DNA of 58,083 nt, the filler included, from Diploschistes diacapsis (Eukaryota): NCBI GenBank assembly GCA_023645945.1. It is 7 parts of 7 records of this genome, joined end to end, with 100 filler letters (N's around TTAATTAATTAA, not from the genome) between each part and the next. Parts side by side here need not be neighbours in the genome. Positions count along the whole stretch, not along the records: positions 49,915 to 58,083 come from JALAIB010001186.1; 6 more parts are not named here. One strand, 5' to 3'. Below, piece by piece: positions 57,866-58,083 of the stretch. Position numbers and translations under genes: made by a program. How positions within the stretch are numbered: the first letter of the stretch is position 1; every line of letters starts with the position of its first letter. Under the pieces are notes generated by a model. It was not told the origin of the DNA, did no database searches, and saw only the letters and a program-made list of their open reading frames with translations.

Positions 57866-58083
57866 GCGAATGGGAAGTGAGAGGAGCAGGTGCAGGTTGT
57901 AGGAGCCGTGAGTAGTCAGCAGTCAATGCTGGCATCGGAAGCAAGGTCACAAAGCACCATATCTGAAAACCTCCTCGCCGTCGGCTGTCATGCATTCAAT
58001 TTCCCAGCAGAGCATACCGCAAGAATACTACAAACGCCAATCCATAAGCGACAACCCCATTATCCTCCTTCAAACCCCCTTTC

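Overview
Eukaryotic DNA from a filamentous ascomycete: spliceosomal GT..CTRAC..YAG introns and RIP-like mutated transposons. The window is not one locus. It is seven ~8.2-kb contigs in descending length order, joined by identical 100-bp N44-TTAATTAATTAA-N44 spacers. Contig 1: Clr5-domain pseudogene, epoxide hydrolase, small secreted 6-Cys Cbp1-like protein. Contig 2: M3 oligopeptidase (Prd1-like), HAUS6-like protein, HD-domain nucleotidase, decayed Tc1 (DD34E) transposon. Contig 3: caspase-like protease fused to TPRs, SDR, IR-flanked minisatellite, DUF6536-like membrane protein. Contig 4: Nam8/Ngr1 RRM gene and a conserved hypothetical gene. Contig 5: two pogo/Fot1-like relics, a nested CACGG-repeat MITE, and rhodopsin-family and MFS pseudogenes. 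Contig 6: Bud4 and Mrh4. Contig 7: secondary-metabolite cluster fragment (rhodopsin-family protein, methyltransferase, MFS, MBOAT acyltransferase). Top finding: a predicted [D1,2] spliceosomal twin intron in NAM8/NGR1. Removing a 51-nt intron creates the stop codon and also a new GTAAGG donor, which can splice in frame to a hidden 68-codon terminal exon. All family assignments come from motif recognition by eye, not database searches.
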